A stretch of DNA of 64,000 nucleotides. Source: Camelus dromedarius (Eukaryota). Position numbers and translations under genes: made by a program. Shown in pieces: positions 34,749 through 48,029 of this stretch. The notes beneath the pieces are model-generated. The model was given only the letters and a program-made list of their open reading frames with translations, was not told where the DNA came from and ran no database searches. Every line of letters starts with the position of its first letter. The first letter of the stretch is position 1. The stretch covers positions 56,112,001-56,176,000 of the forward strand of contig NC_087437.1 in assembly GCF_036321535.1 (NCBI RefSeq). The letters are read 5' to 3'.

Positions 34749-37059
34749 GCCTTCCTGCCACAGACAAGTCAGTTTTCCTTTAGCATTCTTTGGCTATTTA
34801 TTTCTCTTCCATTTTTTTCCGTTTCTTGTTTCTCCGTCTGTTCCTTCCTTCTTCTTTCTCTCTCCTTTCTTCTTATTTAAACGAAAAATTATGGAACTAT
34901 ATACATCTTTTATACCAACATGTTAGAGTTGGAGTTTTTCTACTTGAAGAGGCCCTTGGTGGTGTCCTAGTCTAGTCCCTTCTGCCTGGGCTTCCGGGAC
35001 CACGTTTTAGGGACTGCAAGGTCCCTCAGAAGCCTTGCTTTCCCCGTTGACTAGGTATGCAGCAGGAGCCTTGAGAAAGGGCAGTTCTCTTTCTTTCCTT
35101 TTAAAAAAAATATGCCTACTGCTTCCCACCTCCACAAGAGAGTGTTTTTCTCTCTGTAATCAACACACAAAACATCCTTTTACTTCTCAATGTCATTTCC
35201 CAAGACTCACTTTTCCTCGAAGAAAAAGATAATTTTTGACTGAAGCAGTGGTGATCGTAATTCAGTTCTTGGCTCAACAAATACTTCTTAAGCACAGTCA
35301 AGTTGTTAGCAATTTACGTTAAGTATTTTTTTCCTTTCCTTTCCTTTCCTAACAGCTGCAGCATAAGTGGGAGGCAAAGGGAAGGAACAAGGGGTGACTG
35401 GAGTAGTAAGAAAGGATGGAAAACAAATACCTACACTTAAAGGAAAAGGCAGGGTGAGGTCAGAAAACGTCCTCTCTCACCTAAGCCACCTGGACATCAG
35501 ACCCCCAACGTCACTCCTACCCTGGTCTTCGTTATATGAAATTGGTTACTTTGGTCACCCAGAGAAGTCCAACAATTTTTCAACTCTTTCAACAGACAAA
35601 GTATCTTCTAATTCAGATGACTTGAAGGCTTACATTGCGAAAGACGCTGCATTTGATTTTGTGACAAATGATTAAGGGAGTAGAAAAATCATCTTCATTC
35701 TTGAGGAACTTAAAACTAAAGTGAGGGTGCAGCAGAGCCCATTGGAAAAACAAGACACTCAAAGGCTATTAGAGAATCACTGTACACATCCTTACACCCA
35801 TTGTGGTTGCAGAGGTAGACTCAGTCCATGGGATCCACTTAGAGCCCTTTGTGGAGGAAAAAGCCATTCGTGGTGATCAGGAGAAAAGTGGTTCTGTTCA
35901 TTGGCCAGGAACGTGGGCAGCAGGGCACGCAAATGGAAGGGAGCACGTGTGAGCTCTGTGGACAAGTCAACTGCTTCATTTACATAGAAAGATCAATTAT
36001 TTTTCTGGTCAAGATAGAAAATACAAGTTGGGGCAAAGTAAGATAATGTGGAGATAGTAGGAGGTAAGAGGTAAGGAGAGAGAATTATAGTTGTAAAGTG
36101 ATTCAAGTGGTAATTTGGAAAACTATAAAAGAAAATCTTCTTTTACATTTTTCTAGGGAAATTTTCAAACCTACATCCAAGTAGAGTGGGATCATAACCC
36201 TCTCTGTGCCTATTACGTATCTGCTGATAAATGTCAACGTTCTGTCAAATATTTGAATGAGTGAACATGTAAATTATTTAGCCTCTTGGGGGTGGTGGTG
36301 TGTACTTACATAGGTTATCAGAAAAAAATCATGGATTTTCAAGCCAGAAAGAGTTTGCACATTTAAGATAAGTCAAATCAGTTCTGCCTTAAAATTAGCT
36401 TCCCGCTGGCCAGACACAGGAACAAAGTGTGAAGTCCCTCAGAAGTCAGGTCTCTGATGTGAAGGTCTTGCCAAGGGAGCTGAGATGAAGCAGAAAGGCC
36501 TTTAGGGAGACAGTGCATCTCACTGGGCACAGAGAGAAACATAGTTATATGTAACTAAAGAAGCCAAGTATTCTTGCAGACTAGAATCAACAGTAACAGC
36601 CAGGTAATTACCATGTTTCAGATACCGGAAGTGGAAAGGATTTTGATAAGAATGCTGCCAAATGCTAGGCTGGGTATTTCTCCCATGTTATCTCATTTAA
36701 ATCTCACAAAACCCACTTTTAAAACCTGTTTTCCTATTTTACATGTAAATTAACTGGGGCACAGAGCTCTTTAGTCACTGATTCATGACACACGACCGGA
36801 GTGGTAGATCTAAACTGCCACCTGGTTTAGTCTAACTTACAATTGCGTTTGCTCTTTACAACTAAGAAACCAGAGAGGAAAAAAAAAACCAAAACAAACA
36901 AATAAAAGCCAAAAACCCAAGAAACAAAAACCCCGAGGTCTTGAGCTCAGTGTCAAGCTGCTCAGGGACCCAAAGTGAGAATGGTCTCTAAGAGGGTGAG
37001 ATGGACAAGGCTGAGCAGTTCAGGGTGCTCTGATACCCAGAAAAAGAATATAGAGTTCA

Positions 37060-37126
37060 TAACACAACATTGTAAATAGTCTATACATCAGTAAAATGAA
37101 ATAAAATGTCACACACACATACACAC
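37060..37126 (+). mobile_element. Extremely 5'-truncated lineage L1 (terminal ~45 nt plus decayed tail)
   Basis: taacacaacattgtaaatagtctatacatcag matches the L1 end at ~49074-49104; TSD aagaatatagagttca (37044-37059) / aagaatatgcagttca (37127-37142). Confidence 0.8.
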
Positions 37127-39463
37127 AAGAATATGCAGTTCAGATAAGAAAATATCTTCTTTGTCAAGGAGACCATGGATTGGACACAAGTAAAACTATG
37201 CTTTTTTACATTACTACTTAATATGTTGTTATTCTTTTATATGTTTGGTGGTGAAAGGAATTTCATCCTCACATAGGACATAGAAAAGGACTCCGAAAGA
37301 TGAGGCTGGGTGGTGGTAGAAGATTTTCAGGATGGAGTAGAGGGGTAGACCTGGTGAGCTGGACAGGTGCTGAGGAAGCACCCAGGAGGTGGCGCGTGAT
37401 GGCGGTCAAGGGTGCTGGCTCCACTCCCAGCTGGACTTCCCCTCCACTCACAGCTTGCCTTTGTACGTGTCTTCTCTGTGATTAGGACAGCTTTCTTTGT
37501 GGAGTCCCAAAGGGAAATCTGAGTTTTCCAGTGTGACTTGTTTACAGTGGATGATATCCAAGATCTGGGGTTCAGAGACGAAAAAATATTTTTAAGTTAT
37601 ACATTAAGTTTCATGGGTATCAGAAAATTTTTTTTCTAATTTGGTGAATTCATAGACATGATTAGTCAGAAAAAGCTTAAGTTTTGCAAACTAATTTAGA
37701 GACTAATATTAAGGTAAAATAGCGTGGGCATTATGCTGGTAGATTAATATAAAGCATGTCTGAACAAGATACTAATGGCCCAGTAAGGAGAGATTGGAAA
37801 AAGAGGAAAGGCCTGATGGAGGTGTGTGTGCAGAAAGGTGGGGGGTAAACCTAGACACGCTGATGCCACAGGACCATGGCCACGTGTGAGTGATGCACTT
37901 CATAGAACTTCCTCATGACACAAATGGGAAATCTGAGGTCTGGAGGGAAACACAATTACCAACTATCTCACAGGAAGTCAGTTGCAGAGCAACCAGTGGA
38001 ACTTGGGGTTTTGCTTCATAACCGAGTAATTATTTTGACGAAGCCAGTCCCTTTGAAAAAATAAATATTTTGGTCGTATATGAATAATGTCACCATTCAG
38101 TTCATCATGTTCAACATGTACGTTCTTACTCATATCCATGAGTTTATATTATCTGGCGTTTCCAATGTAATTCAAGAGGTATTTGTCGGGAGGATGTTCA
38201 ATGTCTTCATGATTTCATTTGAAAGATGTCTATGGGTAGATTCAAGTGATTGAAAACATTTTTTTAAATAGTCTGGGTAATTAAAGTAAAGTATTTTTGA
38301 AAGAAAAATGGCAAGACCTGGACAAGGGCTGCTGCCTGGTAAGAGCAGGGGGAAAGCGGCCCAGGGACCCAGCTAGAATTCTGGTTCCTTGAGCCACAGA
38401 CGGACTATAAGCAGGGTACTTAAGATTCCTGGGATCTGGGTTTCTGTAACACGGGAAAAATAAAGACCTTCTTGCAAGATGTATTTGAAGGTTACTGATA
38501 GTAGAGAACCCCAGGGCCGCTCCTGGCACCTAGTAGGTATTAAATATGTGGCAACAATTGTTCTGTGTGTGACGGCGTAAGAAAGAGGAGACGGACTGCA
38601 AAGGAGTGGTCTCAGAGCCAGAAACAGGAAGCATTTTGATGTGATACCAACAGAAAATGAATAAGTAGGAAGAGAGAGTGGGTTTGGGTTTTACAATCAC
38701 TTTCAGAAGCGCTGGTAGGTATGTGTGTTCTGTTTATGTTAGCGGGCTCATTCTAGACAGTGAATCATTTTCCTAACCTCAGAGGTTTTGGTAGTTACAC
38801 TGTTTCACTTAATATTTCTGCAAAAATACTAAGAATTTAAAAGGGAATTTCCTCAGCCAAAACTCAACTCCTACTATCTGGATTCCATGAAACTACAATG
38901 TTGACAGCTCTTAATGAACATTTTTAGCATCTGGGTTATATCAACTTTCCTTGGATCATTAATATTTTATCATTCCCACTTTCACAAAAGCAAATTAATA
39001 ATATTGTTTCCATGTGACTGTATTTCTTTGCATAGCAGGACACAGAAATGTAAAATGTTTTTTAGGGGGAAGCAAATACTTTTGTATGTGACCGATGTCA
39101 CCAGCAGACTCCTCCTACTTAATCCACATTATTCTTAAAGTAAATACAAATTCATTCTTTACGTTTATACAGCTCTTAATGAGTTTGCAAAGTAATTTCA
39201 CACACATTATTTCATTTGCTTTTCATGACAATAGTACAATGACTAATATTGTCATTTTCCAGATGAAGCAGCAAAAGCTCAAAGTATCAGCGTCTTATTC
39301 AAGGTCACATGGCTGATGAGGAGTTGATCCAGATCAACCGACTCCAAATTCAATAGAATTTTCACTCTGTACCTCCATTTCTTATTTTCATCATTCAGTA
39401 TAAGATGTAACATGAAACATGTTTGTCCCTGCTCTTAAAGACTTCCCAATTTTATTTGGCAAG

Positions 39464-39465
<2 letters not shown>

Positions 39466-39499
<34 letters not shown>
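39466..39499. repeat. (AC)17 microsatellite
   Basis: Directly visible. Confidence 0.97.
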
Positions 39500-39501
<2 letters not shown>

Positions 39502-40049
39502 CTGAGTGAAACGTCACTACAGGCGAAACCTCAGTATACGATGTCAAACACCTTACAAATGCTCCCCCCAGGGTTGTTAACGTGAGCAGGGAAGGAGAGC
39601 GCTTGAGATCACCTTGGTTTGGAGGGGTCAGGGACGTGCTGTAGAGGAAGTAGGAAGAAAGGTAACAAGAGTTTTTCTGAGAGTAGAAAGCCAAGCCCCC
39701 ATGCGGGTGATTGTGGTAATCAAGCTGTCCTCCTCCCCCAGGCTCTAACTGCAAACATTCCAAAAGGAATAGCACACTGCATTCCTGGCTGGAAATTAAA
39801 CAAGCAAGTGAATCATCTGAAAATTCAGGCTTGGAGTAGGTTTTCATCTGATCAGTATGAGAGATGTCCACGGCGAAGGGCTCCCTGCTGACGGTGTACC
39901 CGTGGTAACCAAATAGGTGTTGTCTGGCACCTGTTAACTTGCTGCTACCCGGCCTCACTCAAAACCAGGCTTCAACAAACCAAACCATAACATTTTTTCG
40001 GCGGTGTGGTAAGTAAGCACTGCGGACAGGGAGACAAAGGAAAGAACGC

Positions 40050-40260
40050 TGAGTTAGGAATCAGAAGAACTGGGCTTTGTCTTAGCATTGCAGCCACCGT
40101 GTGAGTGTGACCTTCAGCAGCTCACTTCACCTCCCGTGTTCCAGTTTCATCATCTGTAAATTGGCCCAAATGCTACCTGCCCAGCCTACCTTTTTGCAAA
40201 GGATTAATGGAGAGACATATGTCAAAGCATCCTGAAAATTATATAAAATACTACGCAAAA
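40050..40260 (+). mobile_element. MIR SINE
   Basis: gtgtgaccttcagcagctcacttcacctccc...cagtttcatcatctgtaaattgg. Confidence 0.75.
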
Positions 40261-40982
40261 GTATAATTATACACCAATATATGCTATATGCAAGTATTAT
40301 ATAATGATTTCCAAGGATCCTTTTTATAAAACCCCCTTCAATTTTCTTTTGTAACTTTGCCAGCACTTAAAAAAATTTTCTTTTCGCTTCGTCACAGCTC
40401 CCAAGTATGTGACGTACACAGAGATAACTGTGAAATCGTTGTACATAAATTTAGTGAAAAGTCATTCTCCCAGAAGCCTACTCTTCAGTGAAACTTGTGT
40501 CATTTTGAGCAACAGTCACTATACTGAGTTTTATAGAATTATTAGATGTATGGGCCAATGTGGAGGAGTTGGTTAATTTAAAAAAATTAAAATATAAAGA
40601 CTAAAGAATATCCTTGCCTGAAAACTTGTTGAAATAGCCACTAACAACCAATCACAATGCGACACTTCACTCTACCACCGGGCTCGATGGACCGGACACA
40701 AGGGCGTATGACCCAGGAGTCTGAGAGAAATGCAGACTCCCCAGTCCTGCCCCAGATCTACTGAATCAGATCCTGCATCTTAACAAACCAGTGGTTTGTG
40801 TGCATATTGGAATTTGAGACTCACTGGCCTAAGAGGCACTTTCAGAAAAATTGTATCATTTGATTCTTGGGATTATTGTGTTAAAAACAGTATCAATACT
40901 TTGTCTTCCTCACACCCCATATTCCAGTGAAACTCGGAGAAGTTAAGCCAGAGTGACATGCCTAGGTGTCGTAGCTGGAGGA

Positions 40983-41118
40983 TTTATTTATTTAAAAAAT
41001 ATGTTTTGAGGGGAAGTGATTAGGCTTATTTATTCTTTTGGTGGAGGTACTGGGGATTGAACTTAGGACTTCATGCATGCTAGGCACACACTCTACCACG
41101 GACCTATACCCTCCCGCC
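40983..41118 (-). mobile_element. tRNA-derived SINE (camelid vic-1 type)
   Basis: ggaggtactggggattgaacttaggacttcatgcatgctaggcacacactctaccac is the reverse complement of the 28587 family; diverged TSD tagctggaggattta / tagctgaggggttta. Confidence 0.88.
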
Positions 41119-43289
41119 TTAGCTGAGGGGTTTAAACGTCAACTTTCTGGTTTGAATGCCTATGCTTTCTTCCACCGCAGGCCTCTTCTGTTGCATCTCT
41201 CTCTCTGATACTTTATGTGAGGACCTACCTTGAAATCAGATATGACCTCTAGGAATCCTTTCTGACTTAAAAATCTAGTTTATTTAAGGTACCCAACTCA
41301 CGAAACCCCGCCTCGTGATACAGGGAAACTCACACAAGGAGAGGAAGAGCTCCTTCCTTCTGTGGCACAGCCAGACCCTTTGGGTCAGTGCCAGGCTGAT
41401 GACGGGGAAATTCCCATTTCACATTCTTCTTCATTTGCTTGGATAACTGAGGTCTTCAGTGACATCAGACTTCCTGCAATCTTTCTGGGAGTTCATTCCT
41501 GGCTGATCCCATGATCAGAATACCACTATTACAGGTGCCACCCCTGGCGTTGCTCAAACCCCGGGGCTGACTGGGCTTCTTTCAGGGCCTCAAGGTGGCT
41601 CCTTGGAGTCCAGGGTCTGCCTACATTGTAGGACGAAGGCCTGATTCCCTCGCTTAATAGGAGTGCTTGAATTATGCTGCTGATTGTCTGCAAGCTTTCT
41701 CTTTCTTAACAGATTCCCAGTCTTGGGAATAGCACAGTCACAGGCATAGCAGTCAACAGGCAGTGGTCTGAAAGTGTCATCAGCAGGGATGTATTTACAG
41801 CTGAGAACTGAGGAATTAACTACACCCCACGAAATATGATATATGGATATGGGCAGAAAAATTAAAAAAAAAAAAAGAAAGAACAAAAACAAATCAAAAG
41901 CAAAAAATCCAAGGAATAATGAAGACATTAAGATTATCCTTTCGAAGCTTCCTAAAACCAAGTGTGACAACTGTGGTCCTGTCCAGAGAGGTGGCTCTTG
42001 CTGTCTTTCCAAAGGTGAGCTCAGCTGGCGTTCCAGGGTGGAGAGAGCCGGGCGTACAACACGTCACCTCCCTCCTGTCCACCCTCAGGATGTAGCTCAG
42101 ACGAGAGCAACACAGTCTAGAGTTTGAAGACGCAGCCATTCTCAACGTGAAAGCTAATGCCCGAAAGGCTGTTCCTGTTTAGTGCAAGTCAATGAGCTTT
42201 TTGTTCCCCCTTTATTTCCCACTAAGGCTTTCTGTTCAGCACCAGAGCCCCAGCGGCCCTGTGAGGTGTGCCTTGAGCACTTGCTCTATTGTTACACTTA
42301 CCTACAGATGCCCAAAGGGCTTTGCTAAGGCTGTCTTTCAGCCTGAACTGTTCCTCACCCACTCAACTATTTCAAACCCCAAGCATCTCTCAATGCTATT
42401 CCGCTCTGAAGCCTCCTCTTATTACTCAAATCAAACACGATCGCAGTTGGCAAGGTACATCTCTACCAGAGCAATTGGATTTTCTGCCTGTTTTTGAGTT
42501 GTTTGTCTAATTGTCAGTCCCCTCTCCGAGGCACATCTCAGTCTGTTTTACTAGATTGTGTTTTTCTTGCATGTGTGGTTTTATGATACCCATTTCTTAC
42601 TTATTCTGAAACACATGAGTGCAACAACAGTTCACCATTTGAATGGAAACATGTCTCTCAAGGTTAAGAAACAAACGTCAGGCCTTGCTCCTGCAGTTTG
42701 GAGTAAGCATGTCATGTGTATCCCCCTCAAACCCTGTGGGCATTTGAGGTCGCCTGCGCACCTCAAGGGCTGTATCCAAACCTGCAGGACTTGATCTCCA
42801 GCCTGGATGAAAAGAGCTCTTCACTTCAAAAAGAGGTTCCACCCTTTCTCATTTCATAAAACCTAAATCCTGTTCTAGCATAACATAGATGTGTGCACTT
42901 GACTTTAGGAAGATTTTTTAAAAATTTTTAAGAAATTAGTGCTATGGCACAAGTAAGAAGAAAAAATAATCATGGACATTAAAAGAATAAATGTATTATA
43001 AATTCCATTATTGTCTCTAAATATATTTTAATTTTTTATATTGCTGTATAGATGAAAGCATTTCAAACAGTTCTGAAAAAAAAAACCACACACACACACA
43101 CACCAGGTAATTACTCCATGATGGATACTTACAAGGAAGGTAGGTTGCAAGGATAGTTACCTAAAAAGTAAAACTCTTAAACGTGTAAAATATGTAAAGA
43201 TTCCAGTGAGAAAGAACTTGAGGAGTGATCTTTGAAGATCTGAAAGGTAGATGAAAATAAATTGGAAGGAGGAGTTTGAGATGACACAG

Positions 43290-43425
43290 TATTGCTGGTG
43301 GGAGGACACTGACAGGGGGAGATGCTATGCAGGTGTGGGAATAGGGGAATCTATCTGGGAAATCTCCGTACCTTCCTCTCAGTTTTGCTGTGAGCCTAAA
43401 ACTGCTCCACAGAGATAAAGTCTTC
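43290..43425 (+). mobile_element. L1MC-type 3' end
   Basis: gggaaatctccgtaccttcctctcagttttgctgtgagcctaaaactgctc. Confidence 0.75.
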
Positions 43426-43429
43426 AAAT

Positions 43430-44160
43430 AAGTCTCCAGATACTGCCAAACGTCCTCGAGCAGGCAAAATCTCCCTGGCTGAGAATCACTGCTTTAGTGA
43501 AAATATAAACTCTGGGCTCCACCCCAAAACTGCTGAATGAGAAACTCTGGGGGTGAAGCCTAGCAGTCACTTTGAGTTGCAGCATGCCTGCCTTGCGGTT
43601 TATTCTCACGCAGCTTCAGTTTGAGAGTCTTGCCTCCTTTTCAAAGCAGGTGTATCCCGGAGGATATGGACCAGTATTCCTCAGCATGGGGGCTGTGGAT
43701 TATCTGCATCAGACTCGCATTTGTTGTTGCATAAAGTAGCATCTTGGGGCTTACCCTAGAGTTCTTTCATCTGAGTTCCATAGGGGATGGGGACTGAGAG
43801 AGTCAAGCAGAAAGCAGGGATCCAGTATTTTCCTTTATTTTTTTTAAGTAAGCATACCCCAATGTCTCTTACGTATGCAGAAGTTTGAACACCACCGACT
43901 CTCCACACTTTCTTTATTCATATCATTGGCATCACAAGTTCTGGTTTCGTGTTTCCAAAACAACTTTCTGATGACAAATTGAAGCCTACAGCAGTGTTTC
44001 TCAGTCCTGGTTGCATTTTTGAAACACCTGGGGAGCTTTTAAAAAACACCAATGCCCAGTCCCCACCCAAGACCGATTAAATCAGAGTCTCTGAGGGTGG
44101 TATTTTTTTTTGAGTCCCAGATGATTCTAAAATGCATCTAGGCTTGGAACCCACTGGCCT
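43430..44160. mobile_element. Cluster of hAT elements (MER20 end plus MER5-family copies)
   Basis: ctccagatactgccaaacgtcc...gagaatcactg; aagtttgaaccaccac; cagtgtttctcagtcctgg...agaccgattaaatcagagtctctg. Confidence 0.7.
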
Positions 44161-44429
44161 CTGGGGGAGAACAGTTTACTTAGTTTAATGCTTGCATATC
44201 TTGTTACAGATTATGAAAGTAATATTCTGGTTTGTATTTCTTTGCTCTTTTCATGTCTGTTTAAATCCATTCAGGTTCTGAGGACCACAGCTAAGTAACA
44301 GATCTTGGCATGCGGTCATGTAATTGGGACGGTCTCCTTTCCACACCACCTGCTGGCTTTACCTGCAGTCTCCCTTCCAGTCCTTGGAAGTCAATTTTCA
44401 GGGTTTTGTTCAGTTAATTATACTAGAGA

Positions 44430-45135
44430 AATGGCTGCAAATTTCTATCTTCAAAAACAGAGGCACTTTGATGTTAATGTAATCAAGCCTTTAGATCTCA
44501 CTTCCATTTCACAGGGGGTGGGGGAGAGAGAGGAACAAAACAAACACCCATCAGGAAGAATTTAGACCAACCCAGAAGGGGAACATTTTATAGAAGACTT
44601 TTCCCATCTCTTCAAAAAATCAATATTATGGAAAAAAACACAAAATAATAAAAAAAAATTATACAATATGGCATGGCATTAAAAGAGAATATTTTAAATT
44701 GAAAGAGACTTAACAGACATAACTATCAAAGGCAAAGCATGAGTCTTGATTGGATCACAGATGAGATAGCTATAAGTGAAATTACAGCAGTACTTGGAAG
44801 TATCTGAATATGATTTGGGTATTAGATGATGTTAAGAAATTATTCCTAATTTTGGTAGGTATGATGGTACTGTGCTTACAGAGAGAAATAGCCTTATTTT
44901 CTTAGAAATGCGTAACAGGGACAAAATGCCACCCTCTCTGTAATTTACTTCAAATTACTTTCGTAAAAAATAAAGATGATACAAATATAGTAAAATATTA
45001 GCAATTATCCAATGCATTCTAGATTATAGACATGAGTGTACATTATACTTTTTTCTCTCTTTTTTTCATTTCTTGAAATTTTTCATAATAAAAAATGGGG
45101 TGGCAAAAAAAAAAAAAAAAAGAAAGAAAGAAAGT
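44430..45135 (+). mobile_element. Ancient L1ME/L1MC 3' UTR with A-rich tail
   Basis: aaagagacttaacagacataac...tgggtattagatgatgttaagaaatt...ttgaaatttttcataataaaaa. Confidence 0.7.
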
Positions 45136-46444
45136 ATATTAAAGCAGTTTAGATAGTGGAGAAAATTCTGGTTTGGGAATAAAACGACCGGAGTCTGGTC
45201 TTGACTGAGGAGTGCCCTCTTTGGGCCTCAGTTGCTCCTGGGCTGAATAAGGCGTTAGACCATGGTCCTTCCTGCTGTAATCCTGGGGCAAAAGTCCTCA
45301 TATCCAATTTTATTAGAACTTGATACAGTAACTGGCATTTCTAGAAGCAAAGTATTGCCCCTAAATATGACTTAAAACCTCTCTGAGTAACAGCAATTAT
45401 GGATGGATAGGTTTTGTTTTGTTTTGTTTGGGTTTTGCAAAGATTTTTCTGTTGCTGGTATTTTAATCATGAATAATTTACCATTTCTCTTTGAAGTTTA
45501 TGAGAAACTCAAGCCCTGTAACCTAAAGTATGAAAGCCTCAGATCAAATTTCTCATGGGGAATTCCTCGTAACAAAAAACAGTCAGGATGCAATTATGTC
45601 TAAAGTGAGGGGAAAAAAAATCCCTCAGCATTTTGTTTTATTCCAGATTTGACCACGGAAAGGAGAATAAAATTCTAATGGGGCCAGTGTGCTCTATTAG
45701 GGAATCAAAAAACAGCTGTTCTAAAGAAGTTCTCAAGGTATAAGCTTCTTGTAAAGTGGAAAAGTAAAACAAAAGATTTCAATGCCATTCATTTGAGCAA
45801 ATCCTCACTGGGCACTTCCTGTGGATCAACCCTATGAAGGGACATTCAAAACAAGTATTTATGGGGTCAGCCCGTTGTCTGAATGGGGGTGTTTCGGACT
45901 CAGCATTTCAGGTGCTGATCACAATAGAATCCCTGTCTTCTTTGGAAGACATGATTCTTTCGGAATTACATGATAATGGGGATACATGTTCTATAAACAT
46001 GCAGATAAACAAGTAAGTAAGAAAATAAGTAAGTAAGAAAAGTCAGCTACTAAGAAGTGCTAGTAAAAATAGAGTACCGTGAAAGAAACTGAGGGGGAGC
46101 CCTTTTAGGGGCAAATCCATGAAGGCATCTTTAGAAGGTGCTCTTTAATGGGACCCGAATAAGAGGAAGCAAATTAGTGATGCACACGTAACATCAGGAG
46201 AGTCTGAGAGCTCACTGTGTGCAAGGCCTGTGAACTCTCTACTGCAATCACCAAATTTAAGCTTTACTGCAACCCTGTGAGGGGGGTGCCTTCTTTTTTA
46301 TCTCCATATTGCAGAAGAGGATGCTAAAGTACACATTAAACCACTCGCCTGATATGGACAACCTGGGATTTGAACCCAGAAGCCTCTCTCCAGAACCTGC
46401 ACTCTTTGCCCTCATCACCCACCACTTAAAGCTGGGGCAGCAGG

Positions 46445-46598
46445 TTTCCATTATATGTTATTACAAGAAGTTGAATATAGTTCAGCATATAATGGAAAAG
46501 AAAAAAAAATATGTATGTGTATGTATACCTGGATCACTTTGCTGTACATCTGAAAGTAACATTGTATGTCAACTACACTTCAATTAAAAACATCACCA
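46445..46598 (+). mobile_element. Miniature 5'-inverted lineage L1 (inverted 46445-46483, sense 46484-46590)
   Basis: tttccattatatgttattacaagaagttgaatatagttc is antisense L1 3' UTR, followed by sense catataatggaaaag...aactacacttcaattaaaaa; diverged TSD aaagctggggcagcag / aaaactgggttagcag. Confidence 0.8.
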
Positions 46599-46599
46599 A

Positions 46600-47220
46600 A
46601 AACTGGGTTAGCAGTATAGTCCAAGAAGAAGAAATAGAAATTGCAAAGGTCTTAGCAGAGAATGAGCTTGGTGTTTCTGACCAAAAGAAGGCCAGTCTGG
46701 CAGATGCCTGGTCACCAAACGGGAGAGGAGAGGCAGAAGGGGAAGGCTGGACCCTGATCGTGCAGAGCTGTGTAGGAATTTTAATCTGATGACAACGGGG
46801 AGTCTTGAAGGGGTTTTGAGCCAAGGAGTGATACCATCTGGCTTTCATTTTTAAACGATCACTCTGGCTGCTGTGCAGAGGATGGATGCTAGGGGGGCAA
46901 AAGTGAGGCAGAGAGATCAGTCTGAACAAGCAAGGACTGACTGGAGCTTGAGTTAGCATTGTAGCGCTGGGTTTCATGATGAGATGCAACTGGAGGTTGG
47001 GTTTTAGAGAGAGACAACAGAACTTTCTGACGTGTTGGGTGCCGGATATGAGGGTGGAAGAGGAATCAAGGGTGAGTCCTAGGATTGTGGTCTGAGCCAC
47101 CAGGTGGATGGTGGTAAATAGGACTTGGGAAGAAGTAGCGTTAGGGGACGGGGGAGAAGAAAGAAGTCAGGAGTTCTATTTTAGCTATGTTGAGTGTGTG
47201 TTGGTTGGTAGATATCAGAG
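46600..47220 (-). mobile_element. L2 LINE fragment
   Basis: gaaggggttttgagccaaggagtgataccatctgg...atcactctggctgctgtg...gagttctattttagctatgttgag. Confidence 0.85.
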
Positions 47221-48029
47221 TCTAGCTTTTGCGCTTAGAAAAAGTAAACTTGGTTTATTCTAGCCAGAGAAAAAAACATTTTGATAAGAATAATTTCTCC
47301 TGAAATAAATTCAGTCTGGGCAGTAGAAAGAGGCATATGTGGCCAAGAATGTGAGTCTAGATCAAAAGTTGCAAACAAGTGGCCCAAGAATATGTTTGGT
47401 TTGGAATTCAAAATGTTTTAAAAATTGGGCTATTTCACATAAAAATACTCCTAGCTTCTCTTAACAAAATAAGAAGCCCCAATAGGAACATTGGGCCGAT
47501 GCTTCCACGTTTGGAGCTCTTTCCTTTTCCACAGGCTTTACTGTTCCCTGTGGTATTGCTCCTGTCCAAGCTTTATCATGTTTTGAGTTGACATCACTGG
47601 AACCAGATTCTGGTCTTCACTCTGCCACTTATGATCGTTTGATATTTTGCAGTCATTTAACTTCTGAGCGTTAGATCCTCAACCATAAAATGTGTGCCGC
47701 GACCAGCTCACAGGCTCTTCTGAAAATCACATTAAACAATGGATACGAAAGCATCTTGTCTTGATCATGTGCTCTAACGCTGTAAACTATTATTCCCTTG
47801 AAAAAGCACGGGTTCAGATTATCAGTTTATAACTGTGCACAATGAGAGTTGGAAATATCTAAACTTAATTATTTAGGTATTTGGGAAAGATCAAATTTCT
47901 CCTAAAATATCATCTAATTTAAAATAAAATGGAAGTGGGAAGGAATTGGTGCCAAATTGAGGAGAAGAAATTCTTTGAGAGAAGACACACCCACAAAATA
48001 TCGAAAATTCAAAACATTTGAGCAGGAAG

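Noticed and set aside
34285..34767. ORFs with FIYL and KEGR/KKER repeats
   Set aside because: Translations of microsatellites.
39452..39958. 168-aa minus-strand ORF
   Set aside because: Non-ATG start, no recognisable domain, ends in a (TG)n-derived VCVC run.
41590..42145. Overlapping ORFs including a Lys-rich 94-aa ORF with CDNC
   Set aside because: The Lys run comes from a poly(A) tract; no recognisable family or convincing exon structure.
46573..47100. 175-aa minus-strand ORF
   Set aside because: Lies in an L2 remnant and the adjacent L1 tail; chance open frame.
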